Shown piece by piece: positions 50,833 to 61,464 of a DNA stretch of 64,000 nt. A model generated the notes under the pieces. The model saw only the letters and a list, made by a program, of their open reading frames with translations, searched no databases and had not been told where the DNA came from. The first letter of the stretch is position 1; every line of letters starts with the position of its first letter. Made by a program: the position numbers and the translations under genes. Source of the stretch: Alphaproteobacteria bacterium (GTDB lineage Bacteria; Pseudomonadota; Alphaproteobacteria; Rhizobiales; JAKIUO01); contig JAJRPI010000019.1 in NCBI GenBank assembly GCA_024280895.1, forward strand, positions 15,556 through 79,555. The letters are read 5' to 3'.

Positions 50833-51615
50833 CTATTCCTGCGGCACGCGGCCATCCAGATAGGCCTGCGCCTGCTTGCTGCCGGGGTCCTTAAAAAAGG
50901 CCCGTTTTGATTTGTGGGCCAGTACCCTGCCTTCATGTATGAACAAGATATCATCGGCCATCCGCTTGGCCTGTTTAATATCATGGGTGACGAGCACGAT
51001 TTTTGTTCCCATGGCATCGGCCCGCTCAATCATATCTTCAACGATGGCAGTGGACAAGGGATCAAGACTTGCCGATGGCTCATCGAGCAGCAAGGCGTAA
51101 GGATTGATCATCAAGGTACGTGCCAACGCCAGTCGTTGTTGCTCTCCTCCAGATAAACGGCGGGCGGGAACATGCGCTCTTGTCTCCAGCCTAGCAATCG
51201 CCAGGGCTTTGTCGACTTTGCTACTGATTTCGTGTTTGGGCACTTGGTGATGACGCAACACAAATGCGATATTTTCAAAAGCTGTGCGGCGTAACATAAC
51301 CGGATTTTGAAACACCAGCGACATGCACGGAGCACCAGTATCTTGTGCTAGTTTTCGTAACCCGTCCTGCTCCTCAAGCCCGCCGGTTATCGCCCCGCTG
51401 GTTGGTTCCATCAATCCCGCCAACAAGCGCAGAAACAGGCTTTTTCCTGCGCCATTTGGCCCCAACACAATGGTTTTACCGCTCGAATCCAACGTGCAAT
51501 TGATCTGACGAATAAGGGCAACACCATCTATTTCAAGGACCACGTCTTTAAATTGCAGTGGCTTGCAGCGGCGCAACGCAGTGCTTGTCGAGGTTCTGTT
51601 AGTTTGCTCAAGCAT
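50833..51615 (-). CDS. tupC: Tungstate ABC transporter ATPase
   Basis: GPNGAGKS, LSGGEQQR, LLDEP. Confidence 0.88.
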   Translation of the reverse strand: MLEQTNRTSTSTALRRCKPLQFKDVVLEIDGVALIRQINCTLDSSGKTIVLGPNGAGKSLFLRLLAGLMEPTSGAITGGLEEQDGLRKLAQDTGAPCMSLVFQNPVMLRRTAFENIAFVLRHHQVPKHEISSKVDKALAIARLETRAHVPARRLSGGEQQRLALARTLMINPYALLLDEPSASLDPLSTAIVEDMIERADAMGTKIVLVTHDIKQAKRMADDILFIHEGRVLAHKSKRAFFKDPGSKQAQAYLDGRVPQE

Positions 51616-52315
51616 AGATCGCTTCTTTGGCTTTAGAGCGCACCAGCGCCACGGAGGTATTCACCAACAAGGAAATCGCAATCAATATTATACCGAGTGC
51701 CAATGCCAGCGAAAGGGTGCCCTTGGATGTTTCAAGCGCAATGGCCGTGGTCATGATGCGCGTGACATGATTGATATTGCCACCGACGATCATCACGGCG
51801 CCGACTTCTGATATGGCGCGACCAAAGCCTGCTAACCCCACCGTCACCAAACCAAAGCGCCCCTCCCACAAAAGTGTCATCAGTTTCTCTCGTCCAGACA
51901 ATTGCAGCGAGCGAAAAAACTCATCATATTCATGATGTAATTCTTGCAATACCTGCGCTGACAGCGCCGCCACCAAAGGCGTGATCAGCACCGTTTGCGC
52001 GATGATCATGGCGGTTGGCGTATAGAGCAAACCAAGCACCCCCAGCGGTCCCGAGCGCGACAGAACCATATAGACCATCAAGCCGACAACAACCGGAGGC
52101 AATCCCATCAAGGCATTGAATAAAATGAGGAGGACGCGCCGACCTGGAAATCGGAAAACTGTCAAAGCTGCACCAATCAAAAATCCGAGCGCGCAAGAGA
52201 TCAGCACAGCGCTAATGGAGACTTTCAAGGACAGATAGACAATCGAATACAGCTCGACATCCATTGACCAGAGCAAGTTGAAAGCGATCTGAAATGCTTG
52301 TGAAAAATCTCCCAC
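51608..52315 (-). CDS. tupB: Tungstate ABC transporter permease
   Basis: LMGLPPVVVGL, SRSGPLG, GRA.SEVGA...VGGNI...TR..TTAI. Confidence 0.9.
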   Translation of the reverse strand: MGDFSQAFQIAFNLLWSMDVELYSIVYLSLKVSISAVLISCALGFLIGAALTVFRFPGRRVLLILFNALMGLPPVVVGLMVYMVLSRSGPLGVLGLLYTPTAMIIAQTVLITPLVAALSAQVLQELHHEYDEFFRSLQLSGREKLMTLLWEGRFGLVTVGLAGFGRAISEVGAVMIVGGNINHVTRIMTTAIALETSKGTLSLALALGIILIAISLLVNTSVALVRSKAKEAIYA

Positions 52316-52602
52316 AGATGCTCCTTCTACTGGACTGATGTGACATGACCTTACAGCTTTTAAAAACTGTGTATAGCCTATTTCACTCCCGGCAAATGAT
52401 CAACTTCTCGTCTTTTTAACACCAGAATAGCAGCTTTACAGCTCATATGTTTGATGATCATGGTTAACAAAAATCCCTCGACACCCCATGGAAATGCCAG
52501 CTTTTTATCAATACCAACGAATTGAAATTGAAACAGGAGCGAAACGAACCTATAAATAAATAGTAGTCATTCAAAACAACAACAAGAACAGGAGCGACAA
52601 AC

Positions 52603-52797
52603 ATGGATGAAGATAAGCTAAACATGGCCATCCGCAAATTCCTAAAGCAGGTTGGCGTCACATCACAAAAAAAGATCGAAGAGACAATCGCGGCACTAGG
52701 TGATGGGCAAAGCGGCCCCCTCAAAATGAAAATGGTGCTCACCGCCCAAGGCACAGACCTTAATCACGTCATTGAAGGTGAGATTGATCTTTCTTGA
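52603..52797 (+). CDS. DUF6494-like small protein (FDH accessory cluster)
   Basis: NM.IRKFLKQVGVTSQ..IE; GGAG RBS. Confidence 0.75.
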   Translation: MDEDKLNMAIRKFLKQVGVTSQKKIEETIAALGDGQSGPLKMKMVLTAQGTDLNHVIEGEIDLS

Positions 52798-52866
52798 TCA
52801 AGCACGACAAACCATCTTTATATCGCCTTGGATCATTCCTCAAATTGAAACGGTCGCATTTCCCAC

Positions 52867-53610
52867 ATGTCCTCATTTCCAACCCTTCCCTCCTTGCTCA
52901 CCGGACACGCATTGCTGTTGGAGGAAGACAGTTTTGCAACGGCCTGCCAGCTTGCCGCAACGCAAAAAGCCGATGCTGGAGATATATTCTGGCGTGTTGA
53001 TGACTTTCATGTGGATCTGGCCATTGTCCTTGAGCCAGAAGACCAGGCGACAAAGGCCTGTCAAATTCTGCCCGTGGCACTAGATGCCCTTGGCAATAGT
53101 CTGGCCACATTAGCGCCCCCCAAAGTTGCCATCACCTATGATTGGCCCAACCTGGTGCGCGCCAATGGGGCCAAGGTTGCCCATGCCCGCGCCGCGATCA
53201 GCACATTATCGCCCGATCAAATTCCGGACAGGCTGGTGATTGGTTTCTCCATAAGGCTGCATCATGATCCAGCCGATGCCGAGCCCGGAGAAAACCCCGA
53301 ACTGACAACACTTGGCGAGGAAGGCTGCCCCGAACTCACTTCCAATGAGCTGATAGAAAGCCTGTGCCGGCATTTGCTCGCAGCAATCGATGGCTGGCAA
53401 AGCGATGGTCTCGCCAATTATCAACGAATGTGGGGCCTGCGGATCGAGCCCGCAAACGCTGCCCGTCAATTTGAACTTAATGATGAGCTAATCACAGGAA
53501 AGCCAACAGGAATTGACGATAATGGCAATCTGCTGATCGAGCTACCAAGCGGCAAGACCAAAACATTCTTCTTGGTCAATCAATTCAAAGTTTTTGATGA
53601 CATCCAGTAG
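52867..53610 (+). CDS. Biotin/lipoate-protein ligase-like protein (DUF4444-type)
   Basis: A..LEP, WPN....NG.K, C-terminal G...GIDDNGNLL. Confidence 0.75.
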   Translation: MSSFPTLPSLLTGHALLLEEDSFATACQLAATQKADAGDIFWRVDDFHVDLAIVLEPEDQATKACQILPVALDALGNSLATLAPPKVAITYDWPNLVRANGAKVAHARAAISTLSPDQIPDRLVIGFSIRLHHDPADAEPGENPELTTLGEEGCPELTSNELIESLCRHLLAAIDGWQSDGLANYQRMWGLRIEPANAARQFELNDELITGKPTGIDDNGNLLIELPSGKTKTFFLVNQFKVFDDIQ

Positions 53611-53611
53611 T

Positions 53612-55660
53612 TCACGTCTTATCAACATCCGGCTCGTCGCTGCCATCGAGATAATCTTCTGTGACGCGCACCCGTGGCACCTTTCCCACTGCCATCGGAT
53701 TATCACTCTGCTCCGATTGGGAAATGATGCGACAATCGTCACACATTTTCAGCAGATCCAGCTGTGAACTGGTTTGGAACATGGGGTTTTTGCCTGCAAG
53801 AATGGACGAAACCCGCTCAATGGCCCGCTTGGAGCCAAAAGGCTGATTACAGCGGATGCAATCGAACGGCTCATCTTCATGCAACACAATTGCAGACTGA
53901 ACACTCTTTGAAAAATTATAGCGTGGCTCCAGCGTAATGGCATTTTCAGGGCAAGTAGCTGCGCACAAACCGCACTGCACGCAATTTCGCTCATGGAAGC
54001 GCAATTGCGGGTGATCGGCACCATCGAGCAGGGCATGAGCTGGACAACTGCCAACGCAGGCAAGGCATAAAGTACAACTGGTACTGTCAACATGAATAAG
54101 CCCGTAAGGCGCACCGTCAGGTAACTCCATCTGCTCATTAGCCAGGGACGATGCCTCAAACAGACTACTAAAAGCCATGTGGGCAATATCACGCTTGCTA
54201 CCGGTCGCGGTAAAATGGTTGGCACCAATAGGCTCATTTTCTGACAACTCATATAAAGCTGCTTCTAGCGCGAACGGGTCTTGTTCAATGAGCACTTGCG
54301 CACGCATCTGGGCCTGCGGGTTCGCAACAAAATCAAGTCCCTCCAAGACGCTATTGCAAAGGCCTATCTGATCGTTGAGCGCGCTCAGCTCGCTGCGCCG
54401 TGCCGGGGGGACCAGCACCTGCACATGACTCGCACCTGCCCCAAAAGCAGCCAATAAAGTTTCATGACCAAGCGCTAGAACAGAATGTAGCGACACCGGC
54501 AATACATTGGCGGGCAAGCCTTTGCCATAGCGTGACATGGCGCTGATCATTGGCAGACCATGGGCTTCATCACATAAAAGCAAAACAGGATGGCTGCCCT
54601 TGGCGGCCTTATAACTCTTTAATAATTGCTGGATGCGCGTGATGAGATCATCAAGACGCGGGTAGGAGTATTGAATGGCACCAGTCGGGCACAGGGCATG
54701 GCAATTTCCGCAGCCGCCACAGATCGCGCCATCGATTTTCACAAAATCTCCCGCGCTAGTGATGGCTGAAGCAGGACAATGGTCGAGACATTTTGTGCAT
54801 CCAACTTTGCCGCTACGGCCATGGGCGCAGATGCCCTTTTCATAATCAACATAGATTGGCTTTTCGAATTCCCCGACAAAATCGCTGATCTCATACATGG
54901 CGCTGGCAAGGTCAGCTGCCTGATCGGGGTCAACTCGAAAATAACCATCGCGTGACACGGCACTGTTGATCAATGAGCGCTCCCTCGACAAATCAAATAT
55001 CAGGTCGCATTCAAGTTCCATCTCGATGCGATCCTCGCCAAAAGATAACTCGCTTCGCGAAGATGGAGAGGCAGTCGCATAATCTTTGATGGTTACTTCA
55101 AACGCTCCAAGCGCCCCTTGCAGCTTTTCAATTCTGCCAATAGCCATCGCAAAAAGGTTTGTGGACGGGATCATTAAATCGCCGGGATCAGTAAGAATGA
55201 GTGTTACGCTGAGGCGTTCCGATAATTTGAGCGCAGTATCATACGCGGTTTGCCCTTGCCCATAAACAAGACAATTACCACCTGAGCGCAACGTCATCAA
55301 TCTGGTCGGATCGGCTTTCAAGCCACTCGCTTGAATGAGAGCAACCATTTTGGGTTGCGCTTTTTCGGCTTCATCCGACCAGCCAGCCAATTCGCGAATA
55401 TTGACGAAACTGACATTTTCCTCACCGCATCCGCCCTCTTCGTCGCCGGCAATTTCACGAAACAAAGGGGCTTCTTGCGTGCATGCCACCAGCAATCCTT
55501 CATTTTTCTTGAGAGCAGAGCGAAAATTATCAATTTGCGAGCGACACAAAGAAGAGTTGACGAATGTTTCACTCGATGAGCCGAGCGCCGATGATAGCTT
55601 TGCGCCGTTTAGCGGGATGGTTTTATCGCAATTACAAATGAGCAGCTTTTTAGTCGTCAT
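53612..55660 (-). CDS. Multi-4Fe-4S protein of the FDH accessory cluster
   Basis: N-terminal C.C...LC...ACTQE...NIRE; several CxxCxxCxxxCP motifs; C-terminal CxxC...CxxC. Confidence 0.85.
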   Translation of the reverse strand: MTTKKLLICNCDKTIPLNGAKLSSALGSSSETFVNSSLCRSQIDNFRSALKKNEGLLVACTQEAPLFREIAGDEEGGCGEENVSFVNIRELAGWSDEAEKAQPKMVALIQASGLKADPTRLMTLRSGGNCLVYGQGQTAYDTALKLSERLSVTLILTDPGDLMIPSTNLFAMAIGRIEKLQGALGAFEVTIKDYATASPSSRSELSFGEDRIEMELECDLIFDLSRERSLINSAVSRDGYFRVDPDQAADLASAMYEISDFVGEFEKPIYVDYEKGICAHGRSGKVGCTKCLDHCPASAITSAGDFVKIDGAICGGCGNCHALCPTGAIQYSYPRLDDLITRIQQLLKSYKAAKGSHPVLLLCDEAHGLPMISAMSRYGKGLPANVLPVSLHSVLALGHETLLAAFGAGASHVQVLVPPARRSELSALNDQIGLCNSVLEGLDFVANPQAQMRAQVLIEQDPFALEAALYELSENEPIGANHFTATGSKRDIAHMAFSSLFEASSLANEQMELPDGAPYGLIHVDSTSCTLCLACVGSCPAHALLDGADHPQLRFHERNCVQCGLCAATCPENAITLEPRYNFSKSVQSAIVLHEDEPFDCIRCNQPFGSKRAIERVSSILAGKNPMFQTSSQLDLLKMCDDCRIISQSEQSDNPMAVGKVPRVRVTEDYLDGSDEPDVDKT

Positions 55661-55781
55661 TTTGAGGGGTCCTTGCTGTATTGCCGGTGTAATACCCTTG
55701 TACCTTGTCCTATATTTTCGTAGGCTTTACAAAGTACTTTCAAGTCTAACTTATCATAGCGATTGGAGAGATGGTAGTATA

Positions 55782-56360
55782 ATGAAACGCTCAAAAACAA
55801 TTCCAATCGGCGTTATTATGGCCAAAGAAGCGCTCGACAATCCTTGGGTTGATCATATCTGGAAGGCCAATGGCATCGCCCTCGAATTCCCTTCCGATAT
55901 CCGCTGGAAGAAATTATCGAGTAGCAAAAAATCCACCCACTATATCGTTTCTTGCGAACTGCAACTGTTCCGGGGCGAAACAGAATCTTATCTCTCCAAT
56001 ATAAATGACGAAGAACCCTCTATCTATGTGATCCTGCGCGAGAACGATGACGATCTTGATGAGGCGTCCCAAAACACCGTTGAGGATATCCCCCTTGAAG
56101 TGCATCTTGTCACCGCCTCCCCCTTCGAGGCCCAGGACTATCTGGATACCGGAGAAGATATTGTTGAGCGCATCCCCTTGCCTGATGCCCTTCTCACTCA
56201 GATAAAAACCTTCATCGCCGAACATCATGAAGAAGAGAAATTCAAAAAGCGCAAACGGGACAAGCTGGATGTCCATGAACACAAATTTGGGCAAGAACCC
56301 ATTTTCGAAATCAGACAACGTATGAGCGGGAGCATCAAGGATGACGATGAAAAAAACTGA
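55782..56360 (+). CDS. DUF3305 family protein
   Basis: NPW....W, L.R.E...Y..N, VTASP.EA, F.KRKR; start MKRS. Confidence 0.8.
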   Translation: MKRSKTIPIGVIMAKEALDNPWVDHIWKANGIALEFPSDIRWKKLSSSKKSTHYIVSCELQLFRGETESYLSNINDEEPSIYVILRENDDDLDEASQNTVEDIPLEVHLVTASPFEAQDYLDTGEDIVERIPLPDALLTQIKTFIAEHHEEEKFKKRKRDKLDVHEHKFGQEPIFEIRQRMSGSIKDDDEKN

Positions 56361-56994
56361 CAGCCCCCTTTCCCGCTGGTCGCAACGAAAAATGCTGGTT
56401 CAAGAAGGAAAAATACCTTCTGATGCGCCCGCTGAACCCCTCAGCGGTCCCGATGCAGAGCAGCAATCTGCACAAACTGATGAGCTTTGCGAGCAAGGCA
56501 ATGAAAAAGGTGAGGAGCAACAAGCAGTCCCGCCCCGCGAAGACGAGATTGACACAGAAAAATTTGCCAATGTCGATTATGAAGCCCTCGACTATGATAG
56601 CGACTATACACAATTCATGGCCAAGAATGTCCCTGAGTTCGTCAGGCGAAAGGCGTTACGTGCCCTGTGGAACTCTGACCCGGTGTTTGCCAACCTCGAT
56701 GGCCTCAATGATTATGACGAGGACTTCACTATTGTGGAGCCGATGACCAAAGCGATTGAATCAGCCTGGAACATGGGCAAGGGATATATGACCGCCGAGG
56801 AAGAAGAAAAGAAAAAAGCCGCTAGAGAAGAAGAAGAAGAAGAAGAAGTGCAAGTCGTATCCGCTGAAGAGGCCGACGATGAGACGCTTGATGATGAACT
56901 GATCGCCCCCGCAGAAGATGGTATCAGCAAAGACGAAAGCATGGAAGTTGAGGCGCAATCTGAGGATCTTGATGAAAAAACCAAGACCTCTTGA
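56341..56994 (+). CDS. DUF3306 family protein
   Basis: LSRWS.RK, SD...F....VP...RR.ALR.LW..DP...NLDGLNDYDED; acidic tail with (GAA)n. Confidence 0.85.
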   Translation: MTMKKTDSPLSRWSQRKMLVQEGKIPSDAPAEPLSGPDAEQQSAQTDELCEQGNEKGEEQQAVPPREDEIDTEKFANVDYEALDYDSDYTQFMAKNVPEFVRRKALRALWNSDPVFANLDGLNDYDEDFTIVEPMTKAIESAWNMGKGYMTAEEEEKKKAAREEEEEEEVQVVSAEEADDETLDDELIAPAEDGISKDESMEVEAQSEDLDEKTKTS

Positions 56995-57005
56995 AGAAGA
57001 CCCGT

Positions 57006-57530
57006 TTATTTTGCGCCAACCAAATCAAGCTCACATATATCCGCAATGAAATCGGCAATTTGCGTCACCTTGTCCCGATCAAAGCAAGGTAGCTTATCTT
57101 TAGCTGTTCCCGACGCCGTCACCACCGCAATGATCGAGGGATCGCCTGGCGCCAGAGCCTGCTGATTGATTGAAGCTTCCCCTCGCACCTCGATTTTTTT
57201 ATGCTGCTCTTGTTTGTAACCTTCCACAAGAATGAGATCACAAGGGTCAAGGCTATCGATGGTTTGCGCAAGCGTTGGTGGCTCCTCGCCGCGCAACTCG
57301 GTCATCAAGGCCCAGCGCCTTTGTGACACAAGGGCGATTTGATAGGCACCAGCTTCGCGCATATGACAAGAGTCTCGCCCTTTATGATCGATATCAAATT
57401 GATTATGGGCATGCTTTATCGCCGACACTTTGAGCCCGCGCGCACAAAACTCTTCAACAAGTCGCGCAACTAGCGTTGTCTTGCCCGAATCTTTCCACCC
57501 GATAATACCGATCAAGCGCGGAATGGTCAT
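57006..57530 (-). CDS. mobB: Molybdopterin-guanine dinucleotide biosynthesis protein B
   Basis: GWKDSGKTTL, IKH.H..FD.D..G.DS, LVEGYK. Confidence 0.93.
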   Translation of the reverse strand: MTIPRLIGIIGWKDSGKTTLVARLVEEFCARGLKVSAIKHAHNQFDIDHKGRDSCHMREAGAYQIALVSQRRWALMTELRGEEPPTLAQTIDSLDPCDLILVEGYKQEQHKKIEVRGEASINQQALAPGDPSIIAVVTASGTAKDKLPCFDRDKVTQIADFIADICELDLVGAK

Positions 57531-58156
57531 AAAACACGCTCCGCAATCGATTCCGCTTTCACGAGATCTTTCGGCCTGTTGACGTTAAAAAACGGATCTA
57601 TTTGCGCGGTATCAATTTGGAAAACCATCTCGACCATTTCATGCCTATCGGTCCAATCAAGGATTTTTCGCAGACCTGACTTGAGTGCTTTTTCCAAATC
57701 ATCGGCAAGCGCCACTGGCCATAATCCAAACACCGGATGCACGCGCCCGTTTGAAGCTGCAAGAACAATACTCAAACCGTCATTCCCCGCGCCCTGCAAT
57801 AATCTTTGCGCAAGATCACGAGGGAAAAACGGCGTGTCTGAGGCAGCCGTAATGATATAGGGAGCCTCTGGAACATGCTCCAGCGTCCAGCGCATACCCG
57901 CCAGCACCCCTGCCAAAGGCCCCACAAATCCCTCGACCGTATCTTTCACGACGGGCGGCTCAAAGGAGCAAAAACGGGCGGCGTCCCCATTTGCGTTGAT
58001 GACAAGATCACTCACTTGCGGAGACAATCGATCGATGGCGCGCCCCAGCAAACTCTGGCCGCCAATTTCCAAAAGGCATTTATCACCGCCCCCCATGCGC
58101 CGCGCCTGCCCCCCGGCCAATACGACGCCAACGACCTGTTTGGTAGAGCGGCTCAT
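57527..58156 (-). CDS. mobA: Molybdenum cofactor guanylyltransferase
   Basis: LAGGQARRMGG.DK, GPLAG, DTPF, FFNVN. Confidence 0.94.
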   Translation of the reverse strand: MSRSTKQVVGVVLAGGQARRMGGGDKCLLEIGGQSLLGRAIDRLSPQVSDLVINANGDAARFCSFEPPVVKDTVEGFVGPLAGVLAGMRWTLEHVPEAPYIITAASDTPFFPRDLAQRLLQGAGNDGLSIVLAASNGRVHPVFGLWPVALADDLEKALKSGLRKILDWTDRHEMVEMVFQIDTAQIDPFFNVNRPKDLVKAESIAERVL

Positions 58157-58183
58157 GCAGACTTGATCCTCTTTATGGGCATG

Positions 58184-59065
58184 TCAGGACGCTTCTTTTA
58201 TCTGGCTGGATTTTCGTTGATGTTTGGCAGGTTCGCTTGGCAGCTTATCCGTCTCCAGATCATAGATCAGGCGGTTCTTACCAGCTAGCACGATAAACCG
58301 TGCGCCGCGCAAACGCCCGATTAGCGTGAGCCCGGACTGGCGCGCCAGATCAACGCCCCAAGCAGTGAAACCCGACCGCGACAACAGTACCGGAATGCCC
58401 ATTTTAACGGTCTTGATGACCATCTCGCTGGTCAGCCGACCGGTGGTGTAAAACAGTTTGTCGTGGGGCTCTATTTTATTGAGAAACATATAGCCAGCGA
58501 TTTTGTCGACCGCATTGTGGCGCCCCACATCTTCCACATAAAGCAAGGGCTTGTCGTCCTTGCACAGGACACAGCCATGAATAGCCCCGGCGCTCAAATA
58601 AAGAGAGGGAGAGCGATTTATCTTGTTCTGCAGCTCATACAGCCATGAGGTGCGTATTTCAGCCTGCTCGTTCAGCTGCACATCCTCAAATTCTTCCATC
58701 AGATCTCCGAACACGGTACCCTGCGCACAGCCAGACGTCTGGGTTTTCTTTTTCAGCTTGTCTTCGTAATTGGTTTTGCGTTTTGTCCGCACAACAATCG
58801 CGCCAAGATCCTCATCATGCTCAATGCTGGTGATCTCGTCATCGGATTTCAACATGTTCTGATTGAGCAGATAGCCGACCGCCAGCAGATCAGGATAATC
58901 ACCGATGGTCATCATAGTAACGATTTCCTGGGTGTTCAAAAACAAGGTGAGTGGTCGCTCGACAACAACCGTGGTGGTAACACTATTGCCGTTTTGGTCA
59001 AATCCCTCGACGCTCACCGAGAGACTTTGATCCAGCGGATCAGGTCTTAGCGTGAATTCGTCCAT
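58184..59065 (-). CDS. fdhD: Formate dehydrogenase accessory sulfurtransferase
   Basis: TSGCAQG, GAIHG, EDVGRHNAVDK, TGRLTSEMV.K. Confidence 0.93.
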   Translation of the reverse strand: MDEFTLRPDPLDQSLSVSVEGFDQNGNSVTTTVVVERPLTLFLNTQEIVTMMTIGDYPDLLAVGYLLNQNMLKSDDEITSIEHDEDLGAIVVRTKRKTNYEDKLKKKTQTSGCAQGTVFGDLMEEFEDVQLNEQAEIRTSWLYELQNKINRSPSLYLSAGAIHGCVLCKDDKPLLYVEDVGRHNAVDKIAGYMFLNKIEPHDKLFYTTGRLTSEMVIKTVKMGIPVLLSRSGFTAWGVDLARQSGLTLIGRLRGARFIVLAGKNRLIYDLETDKLPSEPAKHQRKSSQIKEAS

Positions 59066-59098
59066 ACAAGCTCAAACTCTTCTTGTGTTCGTCTTAAC

Positions 59099-60196
59099 TT
59101 AACCACCGGTGACGCTCATATGGCGCGCCACAGCTGGTTTTTGATTGCGGCGATCAATATGGAAATCATGCCCTTCTGGCTTGCGCGCGATGGCTTCATC
59201 AATCGCCGCACGCAGGAGCAAATCATGGCTCGATGCTCGCAATGGTGTCAGTAGATCCTTGGCATCATCCTGCCCCAAACACATATATAAAATACCGGTG
59301 CAGGTCAGGCGGACACGGTTGCAGCTTTCACAAAACTTATGACTAAGCGGCGTAATGAAACCAAGGGTGCCGCCAGTTTGTTCGACCTTATAATAGCGCG
59401 ACGGGCCACCTGTTCGATATTCGATAGGTGTGAGGGTCCAGTCTTCGCGCAAACGCTCTTTGACCGTTGATAGCGGTAGATAATTGTCATACCGGTCGCC
59501 ATCGACCTGCCCCATCGGCATGGTTTCGATCAATGTCAATTCCATACCGCGCTCATGACACCAGCGCGCCATTGTCGTAATTTCATGTTCATTGAGGTTT
59601 TTCAGCGCAACCATATTGATCTTGACGTGCAAGCCTGCCTCTTGCGCTGCATCAATACCGCGCATGACTTTATCAAAATGATCGCGCCGCGTGATATCCT
59701 TGAATATGACCGGGTCCAGTGTATCGAGTGAAATATTGACCCGGCGCACACCGCAAGAGACAAGTTCCTTGGCATATTTTGCCAGTTGGCTACCGTTGGT
59801 CGTGAGGGTCAGTTCCTCAAGCTTGCCACTCTCAAGATGGCGGGACAGTCCTTTCACCAGCCACATGATATTACGGCGCACCAAAGGTTCGCCGCCAGTC
59901 AGACGCAGCTTCTTTACTCCTTTGCCGACAAAACACGAACAAATGCGATCAAGTTCTTCGAGACTCAAAAGGTCTTTGCGCGGCAAGAAGGTCATGTTTT
60001 CAGCCATGCAGTAAGTGCAGCGAAAATCGCAACGATCTGTTACCGACACTCTTAAATAGGTGATGGCACGGCCAAACGGGTCGATCAGATCAGTGTCCGA
60101 TTGTTGGTTTGGCCCGGTTTTTTGGTTTGGCCCCATCTTTTGATTTGGCAAGGGAATATTCAATGACGTCTCCCAGTCAGTACAGGTTATTGACAC
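59099..60196 (-). CDS. moaA: GTP 3',8-cyclase
   Basis: [27 protein letters not shown]-terminal MSVTGG; exact start uncertain. Confidence 0.95.
   Translation of the reverse strand: MSITCTDWETSLNIPLPNQKMGPNQKTGPNQQSDTDLIDPFGRAITYLRVSVTDRCDFRCTYCMAENMTFLPRKDLLSLEELDRICSCFVGKGVKKLRLTGGEPLVRRNIMWLVKGLSRHLESGKLEELTLTTNGSQLAKYAKELVSCGVRRVNISLDTLDPVIFKDITRRDHFDKVMRGIDAAQEAGLHVKINMVALKNLNEHEITTMARWCHERGMELTLIETMPMGQVDGDRYDNYLPLSTVKERLREDWTLTPIEYRTGGPSRYYKVEQTGGTLGFITPLSHKFCESCNRVRLTCTGILYMCLGQDDAKDLLTPLRASSHDLLLRAAIDEAIARKPEGHDFHIDRRNQKPAVARHMSVTGG
60095..60148 (-). repeat. Three imperfect 18-bp tandem repeats in the moaA N-terminus
   Basis: Encodes [18 protein letters not shown]. Confidence 0.7.
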
Positions 60197-60482
60197 ATTG
60201 GGTTTTACTCGTGAGCTTACGATATACGATCACGAATGGACAATAAAGAAAAATTGATCGATCTTCGACAAAATTCAGTACCTTACCAATTTTAAACATT
60301 TATACTTTCTCATATATAAATAAATGAATATATAAATACTTGCCCTATACTATTAATCATCTTGCAAATGCCGGGAGTGAGGTGCATAGTCAGGCTCAGG
60401 CACAAAGCTGGCACGTCATGAGAACGGCTAATAAAGTTCTCTTCTGCGTGTGAATTTAGATCTTTTTGAAAGTCTGGATTTT

Positions 60483-61121
60483 ATGCAAACTACTCCTGAT
60501 TCTCACACCGACACTGCGGCGCATCAAAGCCCTGCCATAAAGGACGTGCCTGGCGAGGATGTCATGCGAGCCGCTTTATACCGGACGCTTGCCGTTTTAC
60601 TGGGACGCGCTCCACAGCAACAAGAGCTAACGCTCTTGACTGGGCTTGGATCAGAGGAAACGCCTCTGGGAGAAGCGCTCGCCACCTTATCGCGGCACGC
60701 ATCTAACGTCAGCATTGACCAGCTGGAAGAAGAATATTCGGCCTTGTTTATTGGCGTTGGACGCGGCGAACTTGTGCCTCATGCCTCTTATTATCTGACC
60801 GGGTTTTTGAACGAAAAGCCGCTGGTCAGGTTACGTCAGGATCTGAGGGATCTGGGAATTGCCAAACAGCCTGAAATTAGTGAGCCTGAGGACCATATCA
60901 GCACCCTCCTTGATATCATGGCGGGCTTGATCTTGGGCGATTTTGGAGAGGCCGCTACGCTCGAGCAGCAACATAAATTTTTCAGCACCCACTTATCCCC
61001 ATGGGCTACACATTTTTTCAAAGATCTGGAAGCGGCCAAAACCGCCAGCTTCTTTATGCCGGTCGGCGCCGTTGGACGCTTGTTCCTTGAGGTCGAGGAA
61101 CAGGCATTTTCCATGAGCTGA
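60483..61121 (+). CDS. TorD/DmsD-family molybdoenzyme chaperone
   Basis: LFIGVGRGEL.P.ASYY.TGFL.EKPL, EPEDH, F..HL.PW. Confidence 0.9.
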   Translation: MQTTPDSHTDTAAHQSPAIKDVPGEDVMRAALYRTLAVLLGRAPQQQELTLLTGLGSEETPLGEALATLSRHASNVSIDQLEEEYSALFIGVGRGELVPHASYYLTGFLNEKPLVRLRQDLRDLGIAKQPEISEPEDHISTLLDIMAGLILGDFGEAATLEQQHKFFSTHLSPWATHFFKDLEAAKTASFFMPVGAVGRLFLEVEEQAFSMS

Positions 61122-61190
61122 CTGTGAGCGCCAGCCCTTTGCTGGCCAATTGTTTTGACGACCATAACCAAAAAGAAAAGGAGTCTGACA

Positions 61191-61400
61191 GTGAAAATCA
61201 AAAAACCAGATACCCCCCCCAAAGATCCGATGGATCGACGAGGTTTCTTGAAACTTGCTGGATTGGGAACAACTGTTGGGGTGGCCAGTGCCCTTGGCAA
61301 TGTTGCCAATGCAAGTGATCTCCCAAATGACAAACCCAAGAGCGCAGGATATCGCGAGACCGAGTACGTCAAGCGTTACTACGAATTGGCAAAATTCTAA
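61191..61400 (+). CDS. Small Tat-signal protein of FDH operon
   Basis: DRRGFLK twin-arginine motif; GYRETEYVKRYY tail; GTG start after AAGGAG. Confidence 0.85.
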   Translation: MKIKKPDTPPKDPMDRRGFLKLAGLGTTVGVASALGNVANASDLPNDKPKSAGYRETEYVKRYYELAKF

Positions 61401-61464
61401 TTTCATCAAACAACTCATACTGGAACCCCCGTTCTGGTATCACGATTATTGAGAGGAAAGACCC

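Noticed and set aside
52316-52600. Moco/Wco riboswitch upstream of tupB
   Set aside because: I could not identify the characteristic multi-stem structure; an Infernal search would be needed to exclude it
56800-56850. (GAA)n tract as a phase-variation switch
   Set aside because: In-frame trinucleotide encoding a poly-Glu low-complexity tail; slippage would not shift the frame
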